64,000 bases of DNA, from IMG/VR virus record IMGVR_UViG_3300043409_000956, positions 1-64,000 of that record. The stretch is one strand, 5' to 3'. Position numbers and translations under genes: made by a program. The stretch comes from a virus. The notes under the pieces were generated by a model. It searched no databases and was not told the DNA's origin. It worked only from the letters and a program-made list of their open reading frames with translations. Positions 63,198-64,000 of the stretch are shown piece by piece (within the stretch, counting starts at the first letter, position 1; every line of letters starts with the position of its first letter).

Positions 63198-63702
63198 AGT
63201 ATATTATACACCAGACGATGTTCGGTATTGGTTACACAACATCATCAGAGACATGACCGCACACAACTGGCGACCCGACTACATTGTGGGCATTGGTCGA
63301 GGTGGATTGATTCCTGCTACCATGTTGAGTCATTATATGAATGTGCCCATGCAAACACTTGATGTTAGCCTGCGTGACAGCACAGTTGGACCAACCAGTA
63401 ACTGCGGCATGGCCGAAGATGCATATGGTGGCGGCCGTGTGTTTCACCGTAAAAATATATTGGTTGTAGATGACATCAACGACTCAGGTGCCACACTTGA
63501 ATGGATCAAAAACGATTGGCCAGCTTCGTGTATGCCCAACGATACTGCGTGGCAAGACATTTGGCACAGCAATGTTCGCTTTGCTGTGATGGTCAATAAT
63601 CAGACTAGTGCGTTCAAAGATGCTGACTATGTGGGTGCTCATATTAACAAACTAGAGCAAGATATTTGGTGTGTTTTTCCCTGGGAAGAATGGTGGAGAT
63701 AA
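63190..63702 (+). CDS. Purine phosphoribosyltransferase (Gpt/Hpt-like)
   Basis: GIGRGGLIPA, PRPP-binding LVVDDINDSGAT and VFPWE motifs. Confidence 0.88.
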   Translation: MHKVYYTPDDVRYWLHNIIRDMTAHNWRPDYIVGIGRGGLIPATMLSHYMNVPMQTLDVSLRDSTVGPTSNCGMAEDAYGGGRVFHRKNILVVDDINDSGATLEWIKNDWPASCMPNDTAWQDIWHSNVRFAVMVNNQTSAFKDADYVGAHINKLEQDIWCVFPWEEWWR

Positions 63703-63705
63703 TAC

Positions 63706-64000
63706 ATGGCCGGACATAACGATTGGTACGATGTCAAGTTAGAAAAATTAAGTGACCACAATGAGTTTACTATAAACTTCAATGTGGATAAGCCAACACA
63801 ACTAATGTCTTTTCAAGATGCAACTGATTATACTGCCAATTTAATATACCAGCAGAGTAAAAATATCTTTTTGGGACTAAGCGGCGGATTAGATAGTGAA
63901 TTTGTTGCCAATGTATTTGTTAGAAATAATATTCCATTTACTCCTATTATATTAACATTCAATAAAACCAAAGAACATTACTATGCATTAGAATGGTGTG
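63706..64000 (+). CDS. PP-loop family protein, 3'-truncated by the window edge (not in the ORF track)
   Basis: MAGHNDWYDV...IFLGLSGGLDSEFVA, open to the end of the window. Confidence 0.7.
   Translation, partial: MAGHNDWYDVKLEKLSDHNEFTINFNVDKPTQLMSFQDATDYTANLIYQQSKNIFLGLSGGLDSEFVANVFVRNNIPFTPIILTFNKTKEHYYALEWC

Noticed and set aside
1-64000. Genome-wide stop-codon reassignment
   Set aside because: Long conserved genes (polB, clpA, folE) are intact in the standard code and coding density is high.

Overview
This 64 kb window is a gene-dense, mostly plus-strand segment of a large T4-like (myovirus-type) dsDNA phage in the standard genetic code. A Bug/TctC protein and a DesA-type desaturase hint weakly at a Betaproteobacterial host. 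From left to right it holds: virion structural genes (S8 protease, fibre and Ig-rich proteins); a DnaE fragment, GroES and the clamp loader; a sigma70-driven cluster of small early genes; radical SAM genes, PhoH and a TctC-linked accessory cluster; an expanded lysis cassette (GH19 endolysin, spanins, holin-like proteins); DnaJ and a ClpA/B ATPase; putative internal head proteins, one a modular polyprotein punctuated by a DNA-conserved G(V/M)AE repeat; Dps and a desaturase; PolB and the sliding clamp; and a large modification block (DpdA/TGT-like, QueD-like, FolE, glycosyltransferase, ADP-heptose enzymes, GalE, DegT-like, rubrerythrin/rubredoxin, PRTase). The most unusual signals are the repeat-delimited cassette polyprotein (37070-39604), a compact multi-stem RNA overlapping a UAG stop (41351-41448), tandem H-type pseudoknots in the polB leader (43836-43889), and a 7-deazaguanine pathway interleaved with sugar-activating enzymes. 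All product calls come from motif recognition by eye; no database search was run.
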